A stretch of DNA of 64,000 nucleotides from NCBI RefSeq assembly GCF_009914755.1, contig NC_060938.1. One strand, written 5' to 3'. A model generated the notes under the pieces. That model worked only from the letters and a program-made list of their open reading frames with translations. It had not been told where the DNA came from and did not search any database. The stretch's first letter is position 1. Every line of letters starts with the position of its first letter. A program made the translations under genes and the position numbers. Of this stretch, positions 1 to 17,540 are shown piece by piece. Source of the stretch: the human T2T-CHM13v2.0 reference genome, Homo sapiens.

Positions 1-978
1 TTCTTCAGTTTCTTTCATCAGTGTTTTGTGGTTTTCCTTGTAGAGATCTTTCACCTCCTTGGTTAGATTTATTCCTAGATATTTTATTTTATTTTATTTT
101 TGGTAGCTATTGTAAATGAGATTGCCCTCCTGTTTTTTTTTTTTCCAGATAGTTTGTTGTTTCTGAAAATAAATGATTTTTGTTTATTCTGTATCCCACA
201 ACCTTACTGAATTTGTTTACTGGTTCTAAGAGTTTTTTTGTAGAATCAATCTTTTGGTTTTTCTATATATAAGGTCTTATCATATATAAACAGGGACAAT
301 TTGACTTCTTTCTTTTCAATTTGGTTGCCCTATGTTTCTTTCTATTGCCTAATTGCTCTGGCTAAGACTTCCAGTACTATGTTGAATAAGAGTGGTGTGC
401 ATGGACAACCTTGTTTTGTTCCAGTTCTCAGAGGAAAAGTTTTCAACTTTTTTCCACTCTGTAAGGTGTTAGCTGTGGGTTTGTCATATACAACCTTTAT
501 TATGTTGAGATGCTTTTCTTCTATACTTAATTTATTAAGCAGTTTTATCATGAAGGGATATTGAATTTTTTTCAATTTTTTTCAGCATCTATTGAGATGA
601 TATGTTTTTTCTTCTTCATTCTATAGATATGATGTATAATATTTATTGATTTATATATATTAAACCATCCTTGTATTCTTAGGATAAATCTCACTTGCTC
701 ATAATGTATTTATCTTTTTGATATGTTGTTGGATTCAGTTTGCTAGTATTTTGTTGAGGATTTTTATGTTTATATTCATCAGGGATATTGGCTTATAGGG
801 AGTTGGCTTATATTTTTGTTGTGTCCTTGTCTGGTTTTGGTACCAAGGTTATGCTGGCTTTGTAGAATGAGTTAGAAAGAATTCCCTCTGCTTCAATTTT
901 TGGAAATGCTTTGAGAATAACTGCTATTATTCTTTAAAGGTTTGGCAGAATACAGTGGTGAGGGCACCTGGTCCCGAA

Positions 979-1277
979 TTTTTTTTTTTTTTTTTTTTTT
1001 TTTTTGAGACACAGCCTCCCTCTGTCACCCGGGAAGTGGTATGATCTCGGCTCACTGTAACCTCCACCTCCTAGGTTCAAGTGATTCTTCTGCCTCAGCC
1101 TCCTGAGTAGCTGGGATTACAGGCGTGTGCCACCACACCCCCCTAATTTCTGTTTTTTTAGTAGAGACAGGGTTTCACCATGTTGGTCAGGCTGGTCTCG
1201 ATCTCCTGACCTTGTGATCCGCCTGCCTCAGCCTCCCAAAGTGCTGGGATTACAGGTATGAGCCACCGTGCCCGGCC
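979..1277 (-). mobile_element. Alu (S-type) inserted in L1
   Basis: Poly-T followed by GAGAC...CTCCCAAAGTGCTGGGATTACAGG...CCCGGCC; small internal deletion. Confidence 0.95.
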
Positions 1278-1471
1278 TGAACTTTTTTTTTTTGGAAGAT
1301 TTTTATTACTGATTCATTCTTGTTACTTGTTATTGGTCTTCTGTTCAGGTTTTCTATTTCTTCTTGGTTCAATCTTGGTAGATTGTATGTATCCAGTAAT
1401 TTATCCATTTTTCTCTAGGTTTTCAAATTTATCTATTAGTGTATAGTTGTTCATTGTAGTCTCCGATGATC

Positions 1472-1785
<314 letters not shown>

Positions 1786-4412
1786 TCTGCCGATCTTTTC
1801 TTTTTCTGTAATATCCATTGTCATGTCTCCTTCTTCATTTCTAATTTTATTTATTTGAGTCTTCTCTCTTTTTTTCTTAGTCTAGCTAATGGTTTGTAAA
1901 TTTTGTTTATCTTTCCCAAAAGCCAACTTTTTGTTTCATTAAACTTTTTAATTTTTTTATTTTTGTTATTCTCAATTTTGTTTATTTCTGCTTTGATCCT
2001 TATTCTTTCTATTAATTTTGGATTTGGTTTGTCCTTGCGTTTCTAGTTCCTTGAGGTGTATTGTTATGCTATTTATTTGAAATCTTTCTAGTTTTTTGAT
2101 GTAGGCCTTTATTACTATAAACTTCCCCCTTAATACTGCTTTTGCTGTGAGCCCCATAGCTTTTGGTATGTTGTGTTTCTATTTTCATTTGTTTCAAGAA
2201 ATTTTAAATTTTTATTCTTAATTTCTTACTTCACTCATTGGTTGTTCAGGAGCATGTTGTTTAGTTTCCATGTATTTGTATAGTTTCAAATGTTCCTCTT
2301 GTTATTGATGTCTAGTTTTATTTCATTGTAGCCAGATAAGATACTTGATATGATTTGGATTTTTAAAAATTTTCTGAGACTTGTCTCAGAATGTGTCTGC
2401 CTGTCCTAATACATGATCAATCCTGAAGAACGTTCCATGTTCTAATGAAAGAAAAAAGTGTATTATTCAGCTGTTGGGTGAAATGTTCTGTAAACGTTTG
2501 TTAGGTCCATTTGGTCAATGTTACAGTTTAAATTTTATGTTTCTTTGTTGATTTTCTGAGAGAAAATTAGAGTGTTGACATCCTCAACTATTATTGAATT
2601 GGGGTCTATCTTTCCCTTTAGATCTAATGATATTTGCCTTATAAATCTAAGTGTTCTGGTGTTGAGTGCGTATGTATCTACAGTTATTATATTTTCTTCC
2701 TGAAGTGATCCTTTAGTTATTATATAATATCCTTCTTTGTCTCTTTTTACAGCTTTTAATTTGAAGTCTGTTTTGTTTGATATAAGTATAGCTACTCCTG
2801 CTTGCTTTTGGTTTCCATTTGCATGAAATATCTTTTTCCATCTCTTCACTTTCAGACTATGTGTGTCTTTATAGGTGAGGTGAATTTCTTGTAGGCAGCA
2901 TATATTTGGGTCTGTTTTTTTTTTAATCTATTCAGCTAGTCTATAGCTTTTAAGTGGGAAATTTAATCCACTTACCTTCAAGATTATTGTTGATAGGACT
3001 TATTTCTGTCATTTTATTGGTTGTTTTCTGTTTGTTTTGTATATCTTTTGTTCCCTACTTCCTCTCTGATCATTTATTTTTTTTGGTTGGGTGGTTTTCT
3101 GTAACAATAAGGTTTGATTCCTTTCTCCTTCTCCTTTGTTTATCGCTCTACAAGTGAGTTTTATAGTTTCACAGGTTTTCATTATGGTGGTTATCATCTT
3201 TTCACTTTCAGATGTAAGGCTCTCTTGAGCATTTATTGCAAGGCCAATCTAGTGATGGTGAATTCCCTTAGTTATGCCTTGTTTGTGAAAAGTTTTATTT
3301 TTCCGTCATTTCTGAAGCATACCTTTGCTGGGTAAAATATTCTTGACTGGCAGCTTTTTTTTTTCTTTCAGTATTTTGAATATAGTAATATCATCTCATT
3401 CTCTCCTGGCCTGTAAGTTTTTTGCTGAGAAATCCACTGTTAGTCTAATGGGAATTTTTTAGTATGTGACTTGACATTTTTTTCTTGGTGCTTTTAAAAT
3501 TATTTCTTTGTCTTTGACTTTCTAAAATTTGACTCAAATTTGGCTCAGATAGGAACTGTTTATGTTGAATCTATTTGGGTTTCTTTGGGCTTCCTGGAAC
3601 TGGATATCCATCTCTTTCCCAAGTCTTGCAAAGGTTTTTGTTATCATTTCATTAAATATGTTGTTCTTCTGTTTTTCCTTCTCTTCTCCTTCTGGAATGC
3701 CAAATATTTGTTTGCTTAATGGTGTTCCATAAATCTTATAGGTTTTCTTCATTCTTTTTTTATTCTGTATGCCTGTGTTATTTCAAAAGACCTGCCTTCA
3801 AGTTCTGAAATTCTTTCTTCTGCTTGGTCTGGTTTGTTGTTGAAGCTCTCAGTTGGTTTTTTAAATTTCATTCATTGAATTATTTGGCTCTAGAATTTCT
3901 TTTTTGTTCTTTTTTATGATATTTATTTCTTTGTTGAATTTCTCATTCAAATCATTTTTCTGATTTCATTGTTTTGTCTATTTGTATTGTCTTTTATCTC
4001 ACTGAGCTTCCTTAAGATTATTAGGGCTTGAATTCTTTTTCTGGAATTTCTTATATTTCCTTATGATTGGAGTCTGTTACTGGAGAATTACTGCTTTCCC
4101 TTAGAGGTCACATTTCTTTACTTTTTCATGGTTGATATGTCCCTATGTTGATTTTCTATGCATCTGGCAGAAAAGTCACGTCTTCCAATTTTATGGAAGG
4201 TTTCATAGGGAAAGACTTAGTTGTATGAATGGGTCTTGGTGTATCAGTTCAATGGGGTGTGTTGGCCTTGGTTCTAGAGGGACATAGTAGTGTAGTCTCC
4301 ATGTAGTTTCTTCAGCTATAATCTACACTAATGACACTTGTGAGTTTCTCCGTGGCCTGGACTGAGAGAATTTGTGGTGATGGTGGTGTAACTTTGCTGG
4401 CGTGGCTTGCCA

Positions 4413-5213
4413 GGGTGTTTCTCAGGTTAGGGGCGCATGTATGCACACAATGGATCAGCCAGATTGGGATTTTGCTTGGTGGTGTTGGGGCCACAGGGCT
4501 GTTACTCTAGCCAGGAACATGAGCATACAATTGCTTGGCTGGCCTGAGGATGTTCTTGCTAAGAGCAGCTCACACGACTGTTTCTCGGGCCTGGGATGTG
4601 GTCACACAGCTGCTTGGCAGGTCTGGTGATATGTCTGCTGGGGGCAACTCACGGGGCTGTTTCTCAGCGCTAGGAACAGCTGCACAGCTGCTTGGCTGGT
4701 CTGGGGCCAATTCTGTGGGAGGTAGCCCGGAAGCCTGTTTCATAGGCATGAGACATGGGCCTATGAAACACAGCAGTGCTCAATTGGCTGGGGGGGAGGG
4801 CATCCTACCAAGGTGGCCCATGGGGCTGTTTCTCTGTCTAGGGACATGGGTTCACAGCTGCTCAGTTGTCCTGGGGGCATATCTTCTGGGGATGGGCCAT
4901 GGAGTCATTCCTCAGTCATGGGAAGTGAATACACACCTGCTCAGCTGACCTGGGGGCATGTGTGCTGGAGAAGCCCATGGGGTAGTTTCTCAGGTCTGGG
5001 ATGCTAGTGCAAGGCTGCTCAGCCAGCTGAGGGGTTGTGCCTACCAGGGGCAGCTTACAGGGCTGTTTGTCAGACTCTTATTGGGGGCACAGGCCATTGG
5101 GTAAGCCAAGAACATGTCTGTGGGAGGTGGGGGCACTGTGGGGCTGTTTCTCAGGTCCTGGCATGGGCACATAGTCACTCCACTGGCCTGGGGGCATATC
5201 GGCTGCTCAGAGA
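4413..5213. repeat. Degenerate ~79-bp tandem array (~10 units) in the L1 5' UTR
   Basis: GGGCTGTTTCTCAG...CACAGCTGCT...CCTGGGGGCAT-like units start near 4413, 4496, 4575, 4653, 4730, 4821, 4900, 4978, 5059 and 5138. Confidence 0.8.
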
Positions 5214-6369
5214 CTTGGTAATCTTTTCCTCTTGGGGGAGGGTGCACAGTGGTTTGGCTGGCTGAGGGCAGGTTTGCCCCAGGGAGGACTGGCAAACTGT
5301 TACTCTGGCTAGAAGTGCAGTGATGGTGGTTGGTTTCCCTGCAGCTGGGGTTGTGGTATTCAGCCACCTGTGTGGACTCGGAATGATGAAGATGGAGCCC
5401 CACTGCTGGAGAGGTGCAGTGGCTACTGACCCCCAGGGCAAGACACTCTTCAGAGGTGTCTCTGGCCTCAAGATGGTGCTCTGCTGCAGCAGATTGGCTC
5501 AAAGCGGGTAGACAGGGGTGGGAGTGCACACCTTGTGGTCCTTATTCAGGGCAGTGTGGCTGTATGAATTCCTGGTAGCTCTCCAAACTGGGCTCAGGGC
5601 TTGTGAGGACTGTGGGATTCTCGTGTTATATAAGGACTGTTTGTATTTGTAGTGGCAGTGGGGGCTGGTGGGAATCTTCTGCTTACCTTTTCCCTACAAC
5701 AGGAATTCCCTCCTGACTCTAGGCCAATCCAATCAGGGAGGGAGCATGGTGGGAGGGGAGGCTGCAGAGACCAGTTGCATCTTGCTGTCCTCCTGAACTT
5801 CCAATGACCACAGGTGCATCTCCAGTTCCCTGCTACACTCTGGTGCTCTCCCTTCAACACTCCAGTCAAATCTTAGCTGTTCATTCATTGCCTTTGTTCT
5901 TTTCTTGTAGTGGGGGAAAATGTCAGGCATCTCTAGTCAGCCATCTTGCTGACATCTGTCATCTTTTTATTTTAATAACTTCATTACCTTGGGTCTTTCT
6001 TAATGGCTTTTCCATTTTGATAGAGCCTTTTTAAGATGGTAATATATGAAAGAAGATGAGTTAATACTTGAATTACAACCAATAAAAGACTACACTGAAG
6101 TTTTGATTTTTGTTCTAAGGCATGAAAATTGGTGATGAGTGGGTCTAGAAACAGGATAGGAACAGTTTATCATATGGGAAAGGTGCCACAGTCAAGGTAA
6201 TAAGTAGTTGCTGACATAGGAACTTCTTTGAAGTCACACAGTAGACTTTTTATCAAGGCTTCCAGTTTAGGTACACCATGACCATCTATCTTCCTCCATT
6301 CCCGCTTTCCTCTCTTCTTTTACTTCTTCCCTTTATCCCATCCCCATCTCAGTTCACAACTATGGTCTT

Positions 6370-6710
6370 GGAATCTAGAATGTTGCCTGGGATAATCTAA
6401 GTGTTCAATAAATATTTATTGAGTAATGTAGGCTATTTTTCTAGGGCCTTTCAACCTTCTAATAAAATAATTATTAATTTAGGGTCAGTTAATGAGCTAA
6501 TGGTGATCTTCCCTACCGTAGAAACATTTGCATATAGGGTTAAAAAAAAAAGGCAATGGAGTAAGCCATATCTTTGTCCGAATCCTGGTTCTAAGTGTGT
6601 GATTTTAGACAAGTTGCTTAAGACCTTTTAATTTGTTTTCTTATGTGTAAAGTGAGGATAATATTTATTAAGTACTTTGCAAGGTGTTATAAATATTGGT
6701 ATTAATGTAC
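6370..6710 (+). mobile_element. L2 3' end fragment (~6370-6428) and MIR fragment (~6575-6710)
   Basis: GTGTTCAATAAATATTTATTGAGT is the L2 tail motif; GAATCCTGGTTCT...GACAAGTTGCTTAA...TGTAAAGTGAGGATAAT resembles the MIR core. Confidence 0.6.
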
Positions 6711-7303
6711 ATTTGACAGGATATATATTTTTTTGAATGTCAGGGTTTTTTTTTGTTTGTTTGTTTGTTTTCCAGGATCACTTCTGGTTCCCCCCGCCCA
6801 CCCCTCATCCCCCATCTCCCCCACAAAGCCAGTTTGATTGTGTTCATTGCTTTGTTTTATTCTTCATGTGTGGTCACAGAGGTATTTATCATTTCTGAAA
6901 CCTGGCTAAACCTCTTTAAATTTTAGTTTTCTTTAAAAATTATGATAAAATACATATAGCATAAAATTTACCATTTTAGCCATTTTAAAGTGTTCAGTTC
7001 AGTGGCATTAAGTACATTCACATTGTTATACAACCATTACCACCATTCATCTTCTGAACTGTTTTAATCTTGCAAAACTGAAACTCTGTACCCATTAATC
7101 AATAACTCCCCATTCCCTGCACCTCTCTAGCTCCGTCAGCGTCATTCTACTTTCTGTCTCCATGAATTTGACTACTCTAAGTACTTCATATAATGGAATC
7201 ATATAGTGTTTGTCCTTTTGTGACTGCTTTATTTCACTTAGCATACTATCTTCAAGGTCGATCCACATTGTAATGTGATAATTTCCTTTCATTTTAAAGC
7301 TGA

Positions 7304-8347
<1,044 letters not shown>

Positions 8348-9821
8348 CTAATGTTCAGTGATATTGAGCAACTTTCCATGTGCTTTTGGCTGTTTGTATG
8401 TCTTCTTAAGATAAATGCCTATTCAAGTCAATTGCCCATTTTAAAATCAAGTTTTTTTTGTTGTTGTTGTTGAATTTTAGGTGATCCTTATATATTCTGA
8501 CGTGAATCTCTTATTCGATATGATTGACTGGATAACACTTTTTAATTTTCTCTTTTTTAATATTGGATTTTTAGTTGTTTTGTGTTTAGAGCAGAGGAAA
8601 GTATATTGAAGGAGAAGTTCACTGCATCATTGTGGCCAGAGTCCTTACTACCTTTTAATTTTTAAAAAGTGGATTTGTTTTTAAAAATCAAAATATATGA
8701 ATTTGCTTGTTTTATGATTACAATTATTTTAATGATAACAGCAACAAAAAAACTGTACATGAATGTAGGAAAGTATTAACTGCTGTTTTTCTTGGTAATT
8801 TACCTATGGGTGATTTTTTTCTATTCACTTCTATTTTCACTTAAATAATAATGATAATCAATTTCTATTATGATGATATAAATAGGCATTATTTAAAACA
8901 AGTAGGTTTTGTATGAAGAAAAAATGAGAGAGACAGGACAAAAGCTAAAATTAATTTCCTGGGTTAAGCAAGTATTTTATTGGTGGTGTTTGTTTTATGT
9001 TTTGTTTTAGCTTATTATTATTTTTTGTTAGAGGAGAGATTATTGAACATGTGTGTACATATAGCGGAAGGAATTAACAGAGAAAAAAGCTGAAGAAGTA
9101 AGAGGGATAAGACAATGGTGACTGATCGCTGGAGCCAGGTCCTTTAGGAGAGAGAAGATAAGAATCCAGAGCACTCACAAGGAAATTGGCCCCCGTCAAG
9201 AGGAAAAATAGCATAAATCTAGGAGAGTGTGTAATAAATCTGTAGGCTCGAAGGCCTTGAAGCTGAGAGATGGACTGTTTTCTCTAAGCAGTAGAAGTGT
9301 CTTTTTTCAGAGAGTGTGTGGGAGGGCAAGTAGAAGCAGGGAGGTCATTTTGACATTTGCACTGTGATTAGGAGAGTGAGCTGACTGGGGCAGGCAAAAG
9401 GCATTTCTGAGTGACATTTAAGTGGCTGCAGTAGGAAATAATTCATTTATTCTGGCAGCAATCAACTGGCTGCTACATGTAGAAGAATATACAATGGATA
9501 ATTGGATGATCTGTGGGTGAAAAAAAGATATCTGAAAATTTTGTCAAGAGCATAGGATTTGAAGATCCATTGGGTCTATCTTGGCTGAATATGGAAGGAA
9601 ACTGCTGATAAATTAGATCGAGACAGAAGGACTGTGAGATTGGAGCTCTCTGTGCGAAGTAGAAAGTGACGAGGTCTGAATAAAGGAGTAAAAAACTGGA
9701 AAGTAGGAAGCTGTGGTCAGACAGAAATTTTGGAGGATTTTTATCAGACTTGGCTAAGAATTCTTAAATTTCAGATTTTTTCAAAGTAATACTCAGAAAT
9801 GTTTGTGTCTCATTAGATTCA

Positions 9822-10127
9822 ATTTGATTTTATTTTTGAGACAGGGTCACATGCCACTTTGTCACCCAGCATGGAGTGCAGTTACATGAACATGGCTCAC
9901 TGGAGCCTCCACTTCCCAGGCTCCAGTGATCCTCCACACTCAGCCTCCAAAGTAGCTGGGACTGCAGGTGCATGCCACCATGCCTAGCTAATTTTTTTTT
10001 TTTTTTTTGTATAGGTGGGGTTTTACCATGTTGCCCAGGCTGGTCCCAAACTCCTGGGCTCAAGTAACCCATCCACCTCAGCCTCCCAAAATGCTGGGAT
10101 TACCAGTATGAGTCAATGTGCCCAGCC
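9822..10127 (-). mobile_element. Alu (J-type)
   Basis: Reverse Alu with GAGACAGGGTC and GATCCTCCAC J-type diagnostics. Confidence 0.92.
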
Positions 10128-10412
10128 TCATTACATTTTATATAAGAATTACATTCTTTTTTCCATTTTCTTTCTTTCTTTCTTTCTTTCTTTCTTTTTC
10201 TTTTTTTTTTTGGCAGGGAGAGGAGAAAGGGAGGGTCAAGAATGGTTTCTTTTCTCATTTCTGCTTCTGTAGAAAACATGTTAGGTCATTTTTCCCAGAG
10301 AAATGTTTGCATTATGAATGGACAAAATCAAGAAGTTGCTATTTATTAAGTCTGGTAATGAAAATTTGAAAAAAACTAAATTGTACATTACTGAATTGAA
10401 AATGTGAAATAG

Positions 10413-10739
<327 letters not shown>

Positions 10740-10840
10740 CTAAGCCTGATTATACCAAATATTCTATTTGACATTTTATTATTAATACTTTATTCCTTTT
10801 CTTATTTATGGCGTTCTGGTAATAAGAATGACTTACACAT

Positions 10841-11165
<325 letters not shown>

Positions 11166-11268
11166 TTATACCATCTATTTTCACAAACTGAATTAAATGG
11201 GGTAATATACATGTATAGAGGAAAATTTGGGCAAATATTTGGTTGTTACTAAATTATCTGAATTTGTT

Positions 11269-12545
<1,277 letters not shown>

Positions 12546-14074
12546 TCACCTCAAGCTTTTGATATATGGACAGGGCCACCATTCTTCAATAACGTCATCT
12601 GGGCTAAGATCCCTGATGTCTTTTGGTGGGCAGACTTCCTGTAGTTAAACCTTATCTTTTCTCCCTACCAGCAAAGAGAAGATGATTATTCCACTGGCTG
12701 CTGACCAATGCCAAACTGACCATTGGACTAGTTCAATTACTGCCTTTGAATCTTTTCCTAAGCAGTGCCACTTAGTAAACACTCTCTATTCTATTAAGTA
12801 CCCAGCTATTCTTTTCTCCTTACTTAAGAAGCTCCTGAAAACAAAGCTCATCTGCGGATGCTTCACTTATGACCCTGTAAGAGATGCCCTCACCCCATTT
12901 GACCTATCTTAAGTATCTTGCTGTCCATTTAAGGGTTGGTTTAATGTTCCTGTTCTGCTTCTATTGTGACATTTTGAGTTCCATGATAATAGGGAACATG
13001 TTTATTCAACTTCTGAAAAACTACAATGCTTAAGTATGTTGATTTCTGCAAGTAGGCACTTAAAACTGTTTTATAAAGTTGATGACAACAATGATGGTAT
13101 CAGAGAAACTAAGTCCTTATGTGCTTTCTAAAGCTAGTAATAGATTTCTGAGGTCTTAACATTTGTATTTAGGATGTGATATATGTTCCTATTATTATTT
13201 GCTTTTGAATGTAAGACCATCCTTTAATCTTCCCTTCAAAATGAATAAGACTGAGAGAAAAATACAGGCTGTTTTTAATCTCAATTTTAGTGGCTAACTT
13301 ATGTGTATTTTTTACTTTAAGCTGCCTCAAATTCATTTTAGGAAATGTACACACTTATATATAAAAAGATTAAATAAATTCATGGAGGAAGTAAGGTAAG
13401 TTCCCCCCCCATGTCGCTGAGAGTTCTAATCCTTCGTTCCCTAACTCTTGGAAATCTTACATCTTGATTGTTTCTGTTTTTCACAATGGGTAACAAATTA
13501 GACCAGGGAAATTATAAAGCATGCTTAGTTCATTTTGTTATCTTTGTATATCGCAGAGGATGATGATGGAGGGAGAAAAACATACTTGTAATAGTGGCTG
13601 ATTATGCTGCACAGTTCAAATCACTAGAGGATTTTCTTTTGAGATGATAAAAATGTGTGTAATGAAACAGTAGATGAAATAAATTATACAAAAATCCTTT
13701 AATTAAAGTATTTAAGGTATCTTTCATATGGGAGCAAGAAGAGAATGAGTTACTGGAATAAAAATAATTGTATGGCTCATAAAAATTTCTATTTGTATAT
13801 CATTCAACAGATTATTCCATAGTGTCTCAACCTGTCATTTCTTGCTCTCTCGTTACATAGCTTCTTCCCCTCTTTCTGAAGCCAGCTTATTCTCAGTTAA
13901 CTTCTATGAGCTTTGTCCTAAGAATGAAATAGGTAAGAATAAGAAAATGAAAACTGATGCCCTAGTCTCTGTAGAGGTACAGAAATAATTCAATCTTACT
14001 CTCCCGGAATTTTGATTGTAGTATCACAGATTTTGAATCATGTTGGAAATCTTCCTCTCAATAGGGTTTAGTAG

Positions 14075-14260
14075 AAAGGCAATTGATTTTCGACTTAGAA
14101 GACCTACATGTGATTATCACCTTATAGTTTGCAGTTGTATGAACTTCAGGCAGTCATTTAACCATTCGAAGTCTTAGTTCCTCATTTCTAGACTAGCAGT
14201 AATAATAATTGTCTCATGGGTTGTTGTATCAAAGTATATAAAAGGACCTTGTAACGATGA
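14075..14260 (+). mobile_element. MIR
   Basis: TTAGAAGACCT...GGCAGTCATTTAACC...CTTAGTTCCTCATTTCTA...AATAATAAT...CATGGGTTGTTGT MIR core. Confidence 0.7.
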
Positions 14261-15870
14261 AGTGGGGTACAACTATATCATCACTGTCATCATAATTTTA
14301 TATGAGAAAACTGAAATTAGTCAGAAAGATTAACTATTTTCTCCAGGGACACACAATTTATTAGTAATAGAGCAGAAACTAAAAGCTGAGTGTCCAAATT
14401 CTTAGTTTAGATTGTTTCTCTTTGACTCTTTTCAAAGTTCTTTATTTTAATTTGTAGGAGCCTTGTTTTTCTCTCTCATTCTGTATGATTGGGTTTTACT
14501 CATCGTGAGTAAATAAGAGTAAAAATTTAAATTGTGTTTTTCTTCTTTACAATTTTAAACTTGAGCTTGAGGGATGTATCAAGCTCAAGTTTCAGAGGAA
14601 AGAAAAAGCGAATTCCTAAGGGCTCCCTTTTGCAGACCATTTCCTTGCAGGAGCTTGATTGCCCTTCACAGGAGTGGGACCTGTTTTTGTATCTGGGAAA
14701 TTGACCTTTGCTGTGGCTTCTCTGCTACAATAGGTGGTGGCAGGAGATGTGTAGAAGCTCACCACGCAGCATTTGATGGCAGAACTCCAAAATGCCTGAC
14801 ACAATTCCTAATCAGAAAGATCATCTCCGATGGGACCCTCCCAAGGATCTCCTTCAGTCAAGACCTTGCATTTAATCAACAGTGTCCTTTGTCCAGAGGA
14901 TTAAGATAGTGTCCTCTCTACAGAGTGTTCTGACTCCTTCTGTTTTAGTTAAGAGGGAGTAGAAATTGAATAGGAACAAAAGAGACTTGCGCCAGAGGAA
15001 GGGGGTTCATTTTATGTAGTTATAAATTGAAAAAAGTGAAGCATATGTTACAAAGGCACATTTGATACTAATGTGTCTCCAGGTGACTTTAGTAATACGA
15101 TTAGCGTTTCAGCTATGCTCTTCTTGTTAACATTTTCAATTTGTATCAAATTTTTCCTTTTTAAAGGAAACAGCTATCAGCAAACAGCTAGGGGATGTCC
15201 AGTGGAAAATTTAGAACTGCACTGGAGAAAGTGTAGTTTCAAAACCAAAGAACATAGTGATATAATGCATTGAATAAAGTGAGGGTTCAAGTACTCATTT
15301 TAGAGCCTGCCAAGACCAAATAATTTTACCCCAGTCAGAAACAAGGCCAGAAAAAGAGATGTTTTAGGGAATACCATTCCACCCTCAAACATTTACCTAC
15401 AAGGGATATATCAAGGGACATGCCAAGAAGAAATAATAGTTACAGACATTTTGGAAATACCTGCAACAGAAAATATCTTCTGTAAAATTAGTGAGAGAAG
15501 TTGTTAAGTATCCAAGAGTAACAAGAAATGAAAGGGAAGTGGATTTTCTTGACAATGGCTGCTGAAACTGTGTGTGTTGTATAGGAAATGACTTGCAGGA
15601 AAAGCGCAAATTCTTTTTCCTTAGTGAAGGAATTATACTGCATATGCAGAGGGTGGGGGAAGGGGAGGCCTTATTTCATTGTATTGTCATAGGGGGTTTT
15701 GGGCCTTGGAGCCAGAGCAACATGGGTTTGTATCCCAGTTCTGTTTCTTACACTGCTGGCTGTAAGGCCTATTAAAAAAAGATAATGTATTATTTGGAAA
15801 TATCTTCAGCTGAGAATACAGAATACCCAATTAAATGTGGCTTAAACTGTAAAGACATTAAATTATATCA

Positions 15871-16316
<446 letters not shown>

Positions 16317-17149
16317 TTATTCTGAGAACATTGGCTTCTTATTGTTAGGCTGGTCAAGTCATGGCCCCAAGATGACCACCTTAGGTCCAAAATAATGCCT
16401 CACATAGTTATAGCCAAAGCAGAGAGTCAAGGAGTGGAGACAATAGGATTCTCTCCTCACGAGGAGGCTCTGTCTTTTATGTGGGAAGAAACCTTTTCCT
16501 AAAGTTCTCTGGCAGACTTCTCATTATGTCTCATTGGTCAAAACTAGATTACATCTGCTCCACTGGGCCACGCCCATCAACCACTGATTTAGTGTGGGGA
16601 TGAGGTTGAGGCCTATCTTCTCCACAAGATCTATTAGCAACTCACTATGCCTGCAACAGGTAATATTTATCTTGCAGGGTACCAAGGTAGTAAGCATTAG
16701 GGATAATACATCTAAAGTTGTTAGTACTTCACCTAGCTTATCGCAGGCATGCATTAAATGACCATTATTATTATAACTTTTAAAATTATTTGTACTTTTT
16801 CTACAATCTTTTATTTTACTGTGAACATTTGAATATAGTCATAATCAATGTATACAATTTTGGACTCTGCTTTTATTTCACTTCTCTTTATAGTCTAAGT
16901 GTTTCCCAATGTCTCTGTATAGACTCAATAAAACTTTTTAAATGACTGCATTGAATTCAATCTATCAAGTGGCTGCATTAGAATTTAATTTAATTATTTT
17001 TACATATATAGGATGCTTCCAGTTTTTTTTCACTATTATAAGACATCTTTGTATATGTAAAACATTTTGTATTTTGGATTGGTTATTGAGGAGAGGTCCA
17101 GGAGTGGCATTATTAGGTGAAAAGGCAAGACACAAATTGGCTAGCTGTT

Positions 17150-17540
17150 TACCAAACAATTTCTTTTTCTGCCTGAGCCCGCAGGTAAACCACATTTCTC
17201 AAGCTCCCTCAGGCTAGGTATGTCCAGTGACTGAATTCTTGCCAGTGGAATAAGACATATTTGATGTACTCCACTTTCGAGCCTGATTCAGAAAGACTCT
17301 GAAACCTCCATTCTCTCCCTTCTACTGGGCATCTATTTCCTGGATGACCTTAAGACAAAGATGGCAGAACCTTCAAAGTCTTGGACCCTGAATGACTGCC
17401 TGGAGTAGAAGCTCCACTCTACTCTCATGTTAGGAATTGACATGAGCAAGTAACACATTTTATTATGGTAAGCCAGGTATTTAGGGAGTTATCTTACAGC
17501 TGTTGTTACTACAACTAATATAGAAATTGGTGCTTTGAAA
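17150..17540 (+). mobile_element. Old MaLR LTR (MLT1H/I/J-like) with start of internal sequence
   Basis: CACATTTCTCAAGCTCCCT...GTGACTGAATTCTTGCCAGTGGAAT; ends ACTAATATA followed by GAAATTGGTG (MaLR-int start). Confidence 0.6.

Noticed and set aside
4413-5213. CRISPR-like repeat-spacer array
   Set aside because: Whole units are homologous and degenerate, with no constant repeat plus unique spacers and no cas genes; it lies in a mammalian L1 5' UTR.
4402-5930. Cluster of 60-162 aa ORFs on both strands
   Set aside because: Stop-poor GC-rich L1 5' UTR with no recognisable protein motifs.
13530-13700. Possible splice acceptor/exon or C/D-box snoRNA (TATCGCAG|AGGATGATGA...CTGA)
   Set aside because: No convincing donor, reading frame, terminal stem or guide sequence; the motifs are too short to support a call.
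14574-14909. 111-aa plus-strand ORF in unique sequence
   Set aside because: No recognisable domain, splice context or other coding evidence.
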